A stretch of DNA of 32,000 bases from Mucisphaera calidilacus (GTDB lineage Bacteria > Planctomycetota > Phycisphaerae > Phycisphaerales > Phycisphaeraceae), in NCBI RefSeq assembly GCF_007748075.1, contig NZ_CP036280.1:720001-752000 (forward strand), given 5' to 3'. This document shows positions 16,532 through 28,312 of the stretch, piece by piece (position 1 is the stretch's first letter; each line of letters starts with the position of its first letter). Under the pieces are notes generated by a model that worked only from the letters and a program-made list of their open reading frames with translations, did not search any database and had not been told where the DNA came from. Made by a program: the position numbers and the translations under genes.

Positions 16532-17970
16532 CCCTCCGCGCCCTGCTCATCCTGTGCGCATGCTGTGTGACAGCCACCGCCGAGATCACACTCCCCGCAC
16601 TCTTCGACGACCACATGGTCCTCCAGCAAGGCAAGCCCCTCGCCGTCTGGGGCCGAGCCGACCCGCGTGCCCAGGTCACGATCGAGATCGACACCCAACG
16701 CGTTACCGCGACCACCGCCGAAGACGGGACCTGGTCCGCCACGCTCGAGCCGCTCGAGGCTGGCAGCGGCTACATGCTCAGAGTCTCGGCCGACGGCCAG
16801 TCGGTTCTCTTTGAGGACGTACTCGTCGGCGAGGTCTGGCTCTGCTCCGGGCAGTCCAATATGGACATGCGGATGGACAAGATGGACCCGAGCGAGATCG
16901 AAGCCGCCGACCACCCCGAGATCCGGCTCTTTCGCGTCGAACGCTCCGCCGTCGTCAAGCCCGCCCGGGACGTCGACGCCGACTGGGAGGTCTGCACGCC
17001 CGAGAACGTCCGCGACTTCAGCGCCGCCGCCTACTACATGGGCCGAGAACTCCAGCAGCACCTCGACGTCCCCGTCGGCCTCATCCACACCGCCTACGGC
17101 GGGACCGCCGCCGAGGCATGGACACGACGCCAGGTCCTCGAGGCAAACCCCATCCTCGTGTCACTCGTCGAACGTTACGAACGGCTCAAGGCCGACCCCA
17201 ACGCCACACCGCCCGAGGCCCGACGCATACCCGGCGGCCTCTACAACGGCATGATCCACCCGCTCGTCCCCTACACCATCCGCGGCTTCGCCTGGTACCA
17301 GGGCGAGTCCAACACCTGGCGCGCCGCCCAGTACAAGACACTCCTGGAGGAGATGATCATCGACTGGCGCACGCAGTGGGGCGACCTCCGACTCCCCTTC
17401 GCCATCGTCCAGCTCCCCGGCTACGTCAACCCGCCACGCGTCCCCGCCGGCATCTACAGCTGGGAAGAACTCCGCGAAGCACAATCCCGCGTCGCCTACA
17501 CCCTCCCCAGCGCCGGGCTCATCGTCACCATCGACGTCGGCGACCCCACCGACATCCACCCCCTCGACAAGCACACGGTCGGCAAGCGCCTGGCAAACTG
17601 GGCGCTCCACACCCTCTACGAGAAAGAGATCTACGGCTTGTCTCCGCGATTCTGGGAGGCAGACTTCAGAAAAGACTCGAACGAGGTCCACCTCAAGTTC
17701 GAGAACGTCGGCACCGGCCTCACCACCCGTGACGGCGGGCCGGTTCGCGGCTTCGTCATCGCCGGCGACGACCGCCGATTCCGCTGGGCGAAAGCCCGCA
17801 TCGAGGGAGACGTTGTGATCGTCTCGGAAGCCAAGGTGAAACAGCCCCGCGCCGTGCGCTACGCCTGGAACGAAAACCCCGACTGGGCCAACCTCGTCAA
17901 CAACGAGGGCTTGCCCGCCTCACCCTTCCGCACCGATCGCTGGCCCGGCATCACCGACAAGGCTCGCTGA
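16528..17970 (+). CDS. sialate O-acetylesterase-like carbohydrate esterase (GQSNM / DUF303 family)
   Basis: Start overlaps the symporter stop (ATGA at 16528-16531). Signal peptide present. 'LPALFDDHMVLQQGKPLAVWG' and the catalytic 'VWLCSGQSNM' motif. Confidence 0.85.
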   Translation: MTLRALLILCACCVTATAEITLPALFDDHMVLQQGKPLAVWGRADPRAQVTIEIDTQRVTATTAEDGTWSATLEPLEAGSGYMLRVSADGQSVLFEDVLVGEVWLCSGQSNMDMRMDKMDPSEIEAADHPEIRLFRVERSAVVKPARDVDADWEVCTPENVRDFSAAAYYMGRELQQHLDVPVGLIHTAYGGTAAEAWTRRQVLEANPILVSLVERYERLKADPNATPPEARRIPGGLYNGMIHPLVPYTIRGFAWYQGESNTWRAAQYKTLLEEMIIDWRTQWGDLRLPFAIVQLPGYVNPPRVPAGIYSWEELREAQSRVAYTLPSAGLIVTIDVGDPTDIHPLDKHTVGKRLANWALHTLYEKEIYGLSPRFWEADFRKDSNEVHLKFENVGTGLTTRDGGPVRGFVIAGDDRRFRWAKARIEGDVVIVSEAKVKQPRAVRYAWNENPDWANLVNNEGLPASPFRTDRWPGITDKAR

Positions 17971-17990
17971 GACAACAGGAGAATCACACG

Positions 17991-20354
17991 ATGACACGAT
18001 GGTTGGTTCGAACATCCTGTATCTGCGTGATGGTGTCCGTCGCCTCCGCCGAGACCTTCTTCGTCTCCTCCGCCGCCCAGATCGAAGACGCCATGGACAA
18101 CGCAGCTCCGGGCGACACGCTCGTCATGACCGACGGCGTCTGGAACAACCAGAGCATCGACTTCGCCGGCCACGGCACCGCCGACAACCCCATCACCCTC
18201 CGCGCCCAGTCGGCAGGCGGTGTCATCCTCACCGGATCCTCCAACCTCAGCATCTCCGGCTCACACCTCGTCGTCGACGGACTCACCTTCAACGAAGGGC
18301 GTCCCAGCGGCAGCCACATCATCCGATTCACCGGCTCCCAGGGCGACGCCAACCACAGCCGACTCACCAACACCACCATCACCAACTACAACCCCGCCGA
18401 CATCAACGACCGCTACTTCTGGGTCTCCCTCTACGGGCAGGACAACCGCGTCGATCACTCGCGCTTCCAGGGACAGAACCACTCAGGCGTCACCCTCGTC
18501 GCATGGCTCGACGGCGACGAGGCGCGGCACCGGATCGACCACAACCACTTCGCCGACCGGCCCGAGGGCAACGGCAACGGCTTCGAGACCATCCGCATCG
18601 GCACCAGCGAGTTCGGCGACTCCAGCGCCAAAGTGATCGTCGAGAACAACCTCTTCGAACGCGTCGACGGCGAAGTCGAGATCATCTCCAACAAGTCCAA
18701 CGACAACATCTACCGCTACAACACCTTCGCCGAGTCCAAGGGAACCCTCACCCTCCGACACGGACACCGCGCCAACGTCGAGGGCAATTTCTTCCTCGGC
18801 AAGAACAAGGACGGCAGCGGGGGGGTCCGCGTCATCGGCGAAGACCACCAGATCATCAACAACTACTTCGCCGACCTCGACGACCGCATGGACGGCGTCA
18901 TCTCCATCACCGCCGGCATCGAGAACACGCAGCCCAGCGGCTACCAGCAGGTCAAGAACGCACTGATCGCCCACAACACCATCATCGACGCCGAGATGCC
19001 CGGCATCACCTTCGACTGGGGCCTTGGCGAGCGCGACCGAACCCTCCTCGCCGAAGACGTCATCATCACCGGCAACCTCATTCTCAGCTACGCCGACACC
19101 CTCTTCGAGGGCAACGAGGGCCCCGGCTGGACCTGGTCCGACAACCTCGTCTGGGGCGCCCCGACCGGCATCACCGCCCGCCCAGGCGTCACCGTCGCCG
19201 ACACCTTGTTGCAACTGGCACCCGACGGCCTCTGGCGACCCGCCGCCAACAGCCCCGCCATCGACGCCATCGCCCAGGCCAACCTCGTCACCCCCATCGA
19301 CATGGACGGCCAGCCACGCATCGGGCTTATCGACATCGGAGCCGATGAAGTCGCCGACGCCGCCATCGTCCGCAAACCCCTCACCAGCAACGACGTCGGA
19401 CCCGACTGGGACAACTACGAGCCCATCGACCCCGGCGGTCCGGGCGACCCCACCGACCCGCCCGCCGGCGCTCACATCGCCATCGAGGCCGAACAGTTCG
19501 CCTCCGTCATCGACCCCAACAGCGACGGCGACACGTGGACCGTCGTCGCCGCCCACGACGCCTTCGGCGGCTTGGCCATCGAAGCACCCCAGGGCGACCG
19601 CTACAACAGCGGGTCTGGCGCTCATGACGCCATCGTGACCTACGACCTCACCTTCGACGAGGCCGGCAACTACACCGCCTACTACCGCGCACGAGGCTTC
19701 AGCGGGTCCACCGACAGTTTCTATCACCCGGACGCGCTGGATCAGGACCCCGATCAGAACGAAACCACCTCCAGTAACGGCGGATGGCTCTGGGAGACCG
19801 GCGAAACCTTCACCATCACCGACAGCCACCTCGACGTCCCCCTCGAACTCCGCCTCGGCAAACGCGAACAAACCACCCAGATCGACGCCATCATCCTCCA
19901 CATCAACAACGGCCTCACACCCGGTGAACTCGACGCGTTGATGACACGCATCTACGAACCGCTCTCAGGTGACTTCAACAGCGACGGTGTTCTCGACGCC
20001 GCCGACCTCGAACTCGTTCAAATCGCTATCGGAACAACAGACACCACCTACGACCTCGACGACAACGGCATCGTCGACGCCGCCGACACCCACGCATGGC
20101 TCATCGACGCCTACGGCACCATCCTTGGCGACATCAACCTCGACCGCGTCGTCGACCTGCTCGACCTCTCGATCCTCGCTGCGAACTTCCAGACCACCGG
20201 TCTGGCCCTCTACACCCTCGGCGACATCACCGTCGATCAGACCGTTAACCTTCTCGATCTCTCGATCTTTGCCAGCAACTTCGGGTCCGCTGCGACCATC
20301 CCCTCCCCCTCCACCGGATTCTTCCTGCTCTGCACCGGGCTGCTCCGACGCTGA
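17991..20354 (+). CDS. multidomain polysaccharide lyase family 6 (alginate / poly-uronate lyase) + CBM6/35-like + dockerin-like repeats + IPSP C-terminal tail
   Basis: AGGAG lies 9 nt upstream of the ATG. Signal peptide present. The parallel beta-helix carries PL6 catalytic blocks 'GFETIRIG', 'VEIISNKSNDN' and 'GTLTLRHGH'. A P/D-rich linker 'DPGGPGDPTDPP' follows, then 'IAIEAEQF...GNYTAYYRARG' (CBM6/35-like). From 19968 come dockerin-like segments. The tail is 'IPSPSTGFFLLCTGLLRR' (20298-20351). Confidence 0.85.
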   Translation: MTRWLVRTSCICVMVSVASAETFFVSSAAQIEDAMDNAAPGDTLVMTDGVWNNQSIDFAGHGTADNPITLRAQSAGGVILTGSSNLSISGSHLVVDGLTFNEGRPSGSHIIRFTGSQGDANHSRLTNTTITNYNPADINDRYFWVSLYGQDNRVDHSRFQGQNHSGVTLVAWLDGDEARHRIDHNHFADRPEGNGNGFETIRIGTSEFGDSSAKVIVENNLFERVDGEVEIISNKSNDNIYRYNTFAESKGTLTLRHGHRANVEGNFFLGKNKDGSGGVRVIGEDHQIINNYFADLDDRMDGVISITAGIENTQPSGYQQVKNALIAHNTIIDAEMPGITFDWGLGERDRTLLAEDVIITGNLILSYADTLFEGNEGPGWTWSDNLVWGAPTGITARPGVTVADTLLQLAPDGLWRPAANSPAIDAIAQANLVTPIDMDGQPRIGLIDIGADEVADAAIVRKPLTSNDVGPDWDNYEPIDPGGPGDPTDPPAGAHIAIEAEQFASVIDPNSDGDTWTVVAAHDAFGGLAIEAPQGDRYNSGSGAHDAIVTYDLTFDEAGNYTAYYRARGFSGSTDSFYHPDALDQDPDQNETTSSNGGWLWETGETFTITDSHLDVPLELRLGKREQTTQIDAIILHINNGLTPGELDALMTRIYEPLSGDFNSDGVLDAADLELVQIAIGTTDTTYDLDDNGIVDAADTHAWLIDAYGTILGDINLDRVVDLLDLSILAANFQTTGLALYTLGDITVDQTVNLLDLSIFASNFGSAATIPSPSTGFFLLCTGLLRR

Positions 20355-21464
20355 TCAGCGCCAACGCGTCAGCAACAGCGTCATCAGCAGCGAAGCTGCG
20401 CTCGTCGGGCTCGGGATCCGCGTGCTGTTGAAGTTGCTCGCCAGCAGCGACAGGTCCAGTAGACCGACCACGCCGTCGCCATCGAAGTTCCCGTCATGCC
20501 ACGACCCCGGCTGCCCGAAGTTCGACGCCAGCGTCGACAGATCCGTCAGGTTGACCGCGTAATCCAGATTCGTGTCGCCCGGCAACGCCATCGGCCGCCA
20601 GTCGGTCGAAAGGACGAGGTTATCGAAGTAGAAATACTCTTCCTTCGTCGTCGCGAAGTTCATCGAACTTCCCCCGTAGAACGTCTCGAAACGGAACACG
20701 TCGATCTGCAAACCGGGCACGTCACGAAACCGGATGTCATCCACATAGAAAACCGGCTCGCCGTTCACCCACGCCTGCACAACCCCGTCGTGCTCGCCCG
20801 GCGTGTTCATCACCACGCGGTGCTGAATGTGATACCACGGACCCGACGTCACCTCGACCCACCGCCCGTCGTGCGTCTCGTCGTAGAAACGCGTGTCGCC
20901 ATACGTCTGCGGCTGGTCCGGGTGATAGAGGTACTGATTCAGGTTCGCCGACGTCGTCGGCACCTGCGACCCGTCCTTCCCGTTCGAACTCCAGGTCATC
21001 CGCGCACTGAACCCGTCGGTGCCGTCCGGCTTGTTCCCGCCGGTGTTCGCCTCACCACCCGCCAGCCCCGGCAGCTTGCCCGCACGCACAAACTCCGTCC
21101 CCGGACCGAAGTGCACCCAGTACGAGGCGTACAGCTCCTCGTACCCCCGGTCCAACTCCATGATCCACTTGCCCCCCAGCTTGATGTCCTCGCCCACGTG
21201 CATCACCCGAAGCGACCGACCCGAAAACGCCTCCGCATCGTCCACGACCGCAACGCGCCCCTCACTCACCCCGTCCTCCCACGGCGCATCAAAGTCCGCG
21301 GCGAGCATCTGCGTCGTATAAGCACCCGCGCTGTGCTGGTTGAAATCATTCGAATAGATCACCTCACCCGACGCGGCCGCCGTGCCAACCAAGAGGCTCA
21401 GACCCGCAACCGCAAACGACACGCCTTGGTACATCCAGAAGACTCCATCCACGAACGACATCAA
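20355..21464 (-). CDS. PL14-like polysaccharide lyase (Pfam Polysacc_lyase-type jelly roll) + dockerin-like repeats + IPSP C-terminal tail
   Basis: 'YASYWVHFGPGTEFVRAGKLPGLAGGE', 'GFSARMTW' and 'VQAWVNGEPV' match my recollection of the GKLPGL-motif lyase family (PL14 / heparin-lyase-I-like fold). C-terminus is 'GDTNLDYAVNLTDLSTLASNF...GNFDGDGVVGLLDLSLLASNFNSTRIPSPTSAASLLMTLLLTRWR'. Start is ambiguous (ATG at 21464, 21461 or 21434). Confidence 0.6.
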   Translation of the reverse strand: MMSFVDGVFWMYQGVSFAVAGLSLLVGTAAASGEVIYSNDFNQHSAGAYTTQMLAADFDAPWEDGVSEGRVAVVDDAEAFSGRSLRVMHVGEDIKLGGKWIMELDRGYEELYASYWVHFGPGTEFVRAGKLPGLAGGEANTGGNKPDGTDGFSARMTWSSNGKDGSQVPTTSANLNQYLYHPDQPQTYGDTRFYDETHDGRWVEVTSGPWYHIQHRVVMNTPGEHDGVVQAWVNGEPVFYVDDIRFRDVPGLQIDVFRFETFYGGSSMNFATTKEEYFYFDNLVLSTDWRPMALPGDTNLDYAVNLTDLSTLASNFGQPGSWHDGNFDGDGVVGLLDLSLLASNFNSTRIPSPTSAASLLMTLLLTRWR

Positions 21465-21472
21465 CCGCAGAC

Positions 21473-21508
21473 AAAAAAGGCCCGGCTCCTCCTCCGAGAA
21501 TCCGGGCC
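21473..21508 (-). terminator. intrinsic terminator after the PEP-CTERM gene (minus strand)
   Basis: Minus-strand RNA reads GGCCCGGAUUCUCGGAGGAGGAGCCGGGCC followed by UUUUUU. The outer 7 bp are perfect and the inner stem is interrupted. Confidence 0.7.
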
Positions 21509-21531
21509 CGTAGATTTCAGATCACGCCGAC

Positions 21532-22389
21532 TCAACGACGACGAAGCATCAGGGCACCCACACTCAGCAGGGCCAGGCTCGCCGGCTCGGGAACGATGTC
21601 ATCACCCGTACGCAGGATGATGTTGTCGAAGTAGACGTCCGGGTCCACGTCGCCGTTCGACGAACCGAGCAGGCCGAATCGCTGCAGACCCTCGGCAGGA
21701 TCATAATTGCCGCTCGCCTTGAGCAGCGTGAAGCCCAGGCCGTTCGCCTTCGAGGCGTCGTCGTTGAAGAGCACGCCATCAATGAACACGTCGTAGCTCT
21801 GAGCCGCAAGGCTGCGTGTCTCGCCGAACAGCGTGTAGTCGTAGTTGCCACTCACCGCCGCGTTACCGACGATCGTCACGTCCACCACGCCGTCCAGCGG
21901 CTCGGTGCTGTCGGTCTTGAATTCGTCATCGGTGTTCTCGTACTTCGCCGTGATCTCCTTGTCCGCCTGCCACGAAAGCGAGAACGCAACACGCGACTCG
22001 GACGTGATGCTGTCGCCCGCGTTGCCCATCCGGAAACGGATCGCCTTGCTCGTGCCGTTGGTGCTGGCGTTGAACGACTCGAAATCAACCCGGAACGGTC
22101 CGGTCAGCGGGTTGGCCAGTTCGCCCTGCAACTCCGGTTTGTCGCCGTTGTAGAAGTCCCACATCCGCATCGCGTTGCCGTCGTTGAAAGGCGAAGGCGG
22201 GCTGGTGATGGCATCAAGGATCTCGATGCCGTAATCGTTGACCCCATCCCCGGCATCCACGTTCTGATTGAAAACGTCTCCGAGTTCCGCAACCGTCGCC
22301 TCGGTGTACAGGGGGATCACGTCCGCCGCCGCAACCGAGAACGCACCAAACGTAACCATAGCGCCAATCAGGGTTTTCATTTGCTTCAT
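21532..22389 (-). CDS. secreted PEP-CTERM protein of unknown function (jelly-roll / LamG-like suspected)
   Basis: GGAGG is upstream of the ATG. Signal peptide 'MKQMKTLIGAMVTFGAFSVAAA'. Ends 'VYFDNIILRTGDDIVPEPASLALLSVGALMLRRR' (PEP-CTERM). Confidence 0.75.
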   Translation of the reverse strand: MKQMKTLIGAMVTFGAFSVAAADVIPLYTEATVAELGDVFNQNVDAGDGVNDYGIEILDAITSPPSPFNDGNAMRMWDFYNGDKPELQGELANPLTGPFRVDFESFNASTNGTSKAIRFRMGNAGDSITSESRVAFSLSWQADKEITAKYENTDDEFKTDSTEPLDGVVDVTIVGNAAVSGNYDYTLFGETRSLAAQSYDVFIDGVLFNDDASKANGLGFTLLKASGNYDPAEGLQRFGLLGSSNGDVDPDVYFDNIILRTGDDIVPEPASLALLSVGALMLRRR

Positions 22390-22433
22390 GAGTCTTCCTC
22401 CTCTGGGGGTGAATCAGACAGGTCGGTGTGAAA

Positions 22434-22513
22434 TGTTCACGCGATAAACAGTGATACCACCATATTTTGCCGTCCCCGGACAGCCCCCGCAACTGTTAAT
22501 TTAGCTGTTAATT
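22434..22513. promoter_or_regulatory. candidate regulatory repeats upstream of the 21532-22389 gene
   Basis: Direct repeat CTGTTAATT at 22493-22501 and 22505-22513 (12-bp spacing). Imperfect palindrome TGTTCACGCGATAAACA at 22434-22450. Locally lower G+C. Confidence 0.3.
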
Positions 22514-22534
22514 CGCCTTTTCAACACGACACGC

Positions 22535-25702
<3,168 letters not shown>

Positions 25703-25841
25703 TCACGTCTCTCAGGTCTGTAGCGCAAACGGAGGGTACGCGGCAATCATACTGGCATTGCCACGCTAACGCTGAATAGCAAAGAGCTTATGGAACGCCA
25801 TCGCCCGGACCGGCCCCCAGACCTCAGGAGCGAAGTCTGAC

Positions 25842-27062
25842 CTACCGCGTGAACGCAAGATCCATCCACACCAGACGGTGATCCGACGTCTCGATCAGAT
25901 CCTCAAGCGGATGAAGCGGCGCCGGCCAGAAAACACCCGCACGACGGATCTTCATCGCCTTCGACGGCAGCACGTAATCGACACGCAGGTTCCCCGGACC
26001 GCCGAAGTCCGCCGTGTCGTATCGAGCCTCACCCCGATGCCGCTCATTCGCACGACCCTCTCGCTCCGCATCCAGTTCCGCGCCTCGGCTGCTCGGCGTC
26101 ACCGACGTGTTCACACGCGGATGCTTCAGCAACTGATTCACCGCACCCTGCGTCGAGTCGCCGTCGAACGGGTCCGCATTCATATCACCCAGAATCACGA
26201 AGTTCGTCCCGTCCGCCAGCCCCCCGCGACGCCCCGCATCGTCACGGATGTACCCACTCTCCTGAAAGGAAAGATAGTCCGACCAGAAACGAATCTCGTC
26301 ATGGTTCCGCCGGCCGTTGCGATCCTCGCGCCCGTCAAACACAGGCGGCGTCGGATGACTCACCAGCAGGTGCACGATCCGCCCGTGAATCCACACCGGC
26401 AGATCCACGTGCGTCTTCGACGACAAGCGGAAGTGCTCCTGCACCTCCTCGCTGTAGTAATCACCCGGTGCTTCCGTCGAGGCGTCATCAGGCAGCAACG
26501 CCCCCGGCATGTCCTTCCACAGGAAGTTCTGGAACGTCCGCGCGTGCGTGATCCGCAATTCATGCCGCGACAGCACCACGAAACCGTAGTGACCCGGGAA
26601 ACGACCGTACCCGTAGGCGTCCTGCGGCAGCGTCCGCTTCCCATCGCCATTGATATCCACCTCAGCCAGACGCCCGGTATTGACCTCCGGCGCATAGCTG
26701 TACGGGTACTGGATCGGCTCCTGACCCGACTGAGGGCGGTGCAGGTAGAACTCCATGAAGATACGCAGGGCTTCGCCGCGTCGATCACGGTCAAACTCAT
26801 TGATCAGCACAACGTCCGGACGAACCCGCTGAAGGATCTCCGCAGCACGCCTCGCGCCCGGATCTTTGCCCGTCCGAAGATCGTCGAGCATCTGCCCCGA
26901 AGGCTCGCGACTCAGCGAAGCATTGAACGTTGCCACCCGGAAATGAGGCCGCTCACCCTCGCCCGACACCACCCCCGCAGGCCCTGGAACCGGCTGAGCG
27001 GAAGCCCAACTCGCCACGCTCAGGACCACGCAGACCACGGTAAATCTCATCAGCTTGCCCAT
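25842..27062 (-). CDS. secreted endonuclease/exonuclease/phosphatase (EEP) family protein
   Basis: The ATG at 27062 has GGGAGG 9 nt upstream, whereas the ATG at 27071 abuts that SD. Signal peptide 'MGKLMRFTVVCVVLSVASWASA'. EEP blocks 'FRVATFNASL', 'VVLINEFD', 'FVILGDMNADP' and 'SDHRLVWMDL'. Confidence 0.8.
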   Translation of the reverse strand: MGKLMRFTVVCVVLSVASWASAQPVPGPAGVVSGEGERPHFRVATFNASLSREPSGQMLDDLRTGKDPGARRAAEILQRVRPDVVLINEFDRDRRGEALRIFMEFYLHRPQSGQEPIQYPYSYAPEVNTGRLAEVDINGDGKRTLPQDAYGYGRFPGHYGFVVLSRHELRITHARTFQNFLWKDMPGALLPDDASTEAPGDYYSEEVQEHFRLSSKTHVDLPVWIHGRIVHLLVSHPTPPVFDGREDRNGRRNHDEIRFWSDYLSFQESGYIRDDAGRRGGLADGTNFVILGDMNADPFDGDSTQGAVNQLLKHPRVNTSVTPSSRGAELDAEREGRANERHRGEARYDTADFGGPGNLRVDYVLPSKAMKIRRAGVFWPAPLHPLEDLIETSDHRLVWMDLAFTR

Positions 27063-27367
27063 GTTATCCATCCTCCCAAAAAACTTCGGAACCGGGCCAA
27101 AAGACCATTTTAACTAGACTGGCCGTCGTAAGGGACACAAAACACAACATGTGGATACCAAGCCCATTGGCGCTACGTTAGCCTTGTGTTTGCTCACCGT
27201 TTCCTAACATAACGGGCACGATTTCTCTGGATTCACCCCTCAAATGGGTGTAGATTGCCCGTGCGGGAGCTCTTGTTTGCGCCCGCTCTGCACGGTCCCG
27301 ACCCGGAATTCAAGGAGAGTTCCGGGCCTGCCACATGTGTTCACCCAACTACGGAGGATTTGAGAAG

Positions 27368-28075
27368 ATGCGTACTTTTACCCTTGCCGCCGCCGCCTCG
27401 CTGGCTCTTGCCGGTGCTGCCTCGGCCGACCTGATCATCTCGGAAATCGTCGACGGCCCGCTCTCGGGCGGCACCCCGAAGTTCGTCGAACTGACCAACA
27501 CCGGCAACGCCCCCGTTGACCTCGCCAACTACAGCCTCGGCAACATCAACAACGGCGCCACCACCATGGGCTTCGACGCCCTGGTCCTCTCCGGCATCCT
27601 CGCCGCCGGCGACTCCTACGTCGTCTCCTACGAGAACAGCGACGCCCCGGGCGCCAGCGTCTTCTTCGACGTCTACAGCTTCGACGCCGACAACCTTGAG
27701 AACGGCTCGTTCATCAACGGCGACGACGTCCTCGTCCTCTTCTCCGGTGCCGGCCTCGCCGGTGACCCCGGCAACGGCGCGAACGTCGTCGACGTCTTCG
27801 GCGTCGTGGGCGTCAACGGCGACAACGAGCCCTGGGACTACACCGACAGCTACGCCGTCCGCGTCCCCACCTCCATCACCGCCAACGGTGGTGTCTTCAA
27901 CGTCGCCGACTTCGTCTACGGCGGCCGTGACGGACTCGAGGGCGCCGATGACGCCGCCGAGACCCTCAACCTCCAGATCTTCACCTCGCCCGGCACCCAC
28001 GCCTTCATCCCCGAGCCCGCCTCGCTCGCGATGATCGCTCTCGGCGGCCTGGCCCTCGTCCGCCGCTCGGCCTGA
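27368..28075 (+). CDS. lamin-tail-domain (LTD) protein with PEP-CTERM anchor
   Basis: GGAGG lies 9-10 nt upstream of the ATG at 27368. Signal peptide present. LTD-like 'LIISEIVDGPLSGGTPKFVELTNTGNAPVDLANYSL...GDSYVV...DVLVLF...VVDVFGV...WDYTDSYAVR'. Tail is 'IPEPASLAMIALGGLALVRRSA'. Confidence 0.7.
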   Translation: MRTFTLAAAASLALAGAASADLIISEIVDGPLSGGTPKFVELTNTGNAPVDLANYSLGNINNGATTMGFDALVLSGILAAGDSYVVSYENSDAPGASVFFDVYSFDADNLENGSFINGDDVLVLFSGAGLAGDPGNGANVVDVFGVVGVNGDNEPWDYTDSYAVRVPTSITANGGVFNVADFVYGGRDGLEGADDAAETLNLQIFTSPGTHAFIPEPASLAMIALGGLALVRRSA

Positions 28076-28125
28076 TACGGCAGACGCAGCCATCATTTGA
28101 ATGATGGGTAAATCTTGCTATACTC

Positions 28126-28157
28126 GAGGGTGAGCCTCAACGGGCTCACCCTCTTTT
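28126..28157 (+). terminator. intrinsic terminator after the LTD gene
   Basis: gagggtgagcc (28126-28136) pairs with ggctcaccctc (28143-28153), a perfect 11-bp stem with loop tcaacg, followed by TTTT. Confidence 0.75.
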
Positions 28158-28312
28158 ACCGGATGCTGCGTCCGGTCGCCGCCCGGTACGGATGCCGGAG
28201 GCCAACGCAGCGGCGTGTGAGACGCCAGCACCCACACGGTCTGGCAACTCGGCGTGGCAGGGGACAAGGCGCGTTCGCTACACTCCCCTGTACCCCTCAC
28301 GGAGACACTCCC

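Noticed and set aside
17999-19901. Off-frame 449-aa plus ORF (17999-19348) and antisense 472-aa ORF (18483-19901) within the PL6 gene
   Set aside because: Extreme R/P/H or G/V/D composition. The PL6 frame has the catalytic blocks EIISNKS and TLRHG.
20352-20357. TGATCA palindrome at the junction of the convergent lyase genes, considered as a functional site
   Set aside because: It is simply two abutting TGA stop codons on opposite strands. The hexamer alone carries no information.
20496-21620. 374-aa plus-strand ORF antisense to the PL14-like lyase
   Set aside because: R/P/V/H-rich. It would cross the minus-strand terminator and the 3' end of the next gene.
25878-27113. 411-aa plus-strand ORF antisense to the EEP gene
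   Set aside because: R/H/P/L/Q-rich nonsense with no start context. The minus frame has a signal peptide, an SD and EEP blocks.
27302-27326. Hairpin cccggaa-N11-ttccggg, and a second imperfect stem at about 27262-27297, in the leader of the LTD gene. Considered as a riboswitch or attenuator.
   Set aside because: The stems are short, there is no recognisable riboswitch consensus and no U-tract. This cannot be supported without comparative data.
27341-28096. 251-aa minus-strand ORF antisense to the LTD gene (also 30150-31307 and 31304-31891, antisense to the last two plus-strand genes)
   Set aside because: G/V/D/A/E-rich mirror translations of D/N/G-rich plus-strand genes, with no motifs.
28115-28312. 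Upstream extension of the second pilin-like ORF (the track starts it at 28115)
   Set aside because: It would begin inside the terminator hairpin of the LTD gene and add about 66 R-rich residues before the prepilin leader. TTG at 28313 with a GGAGA SD gives a normal short leader.
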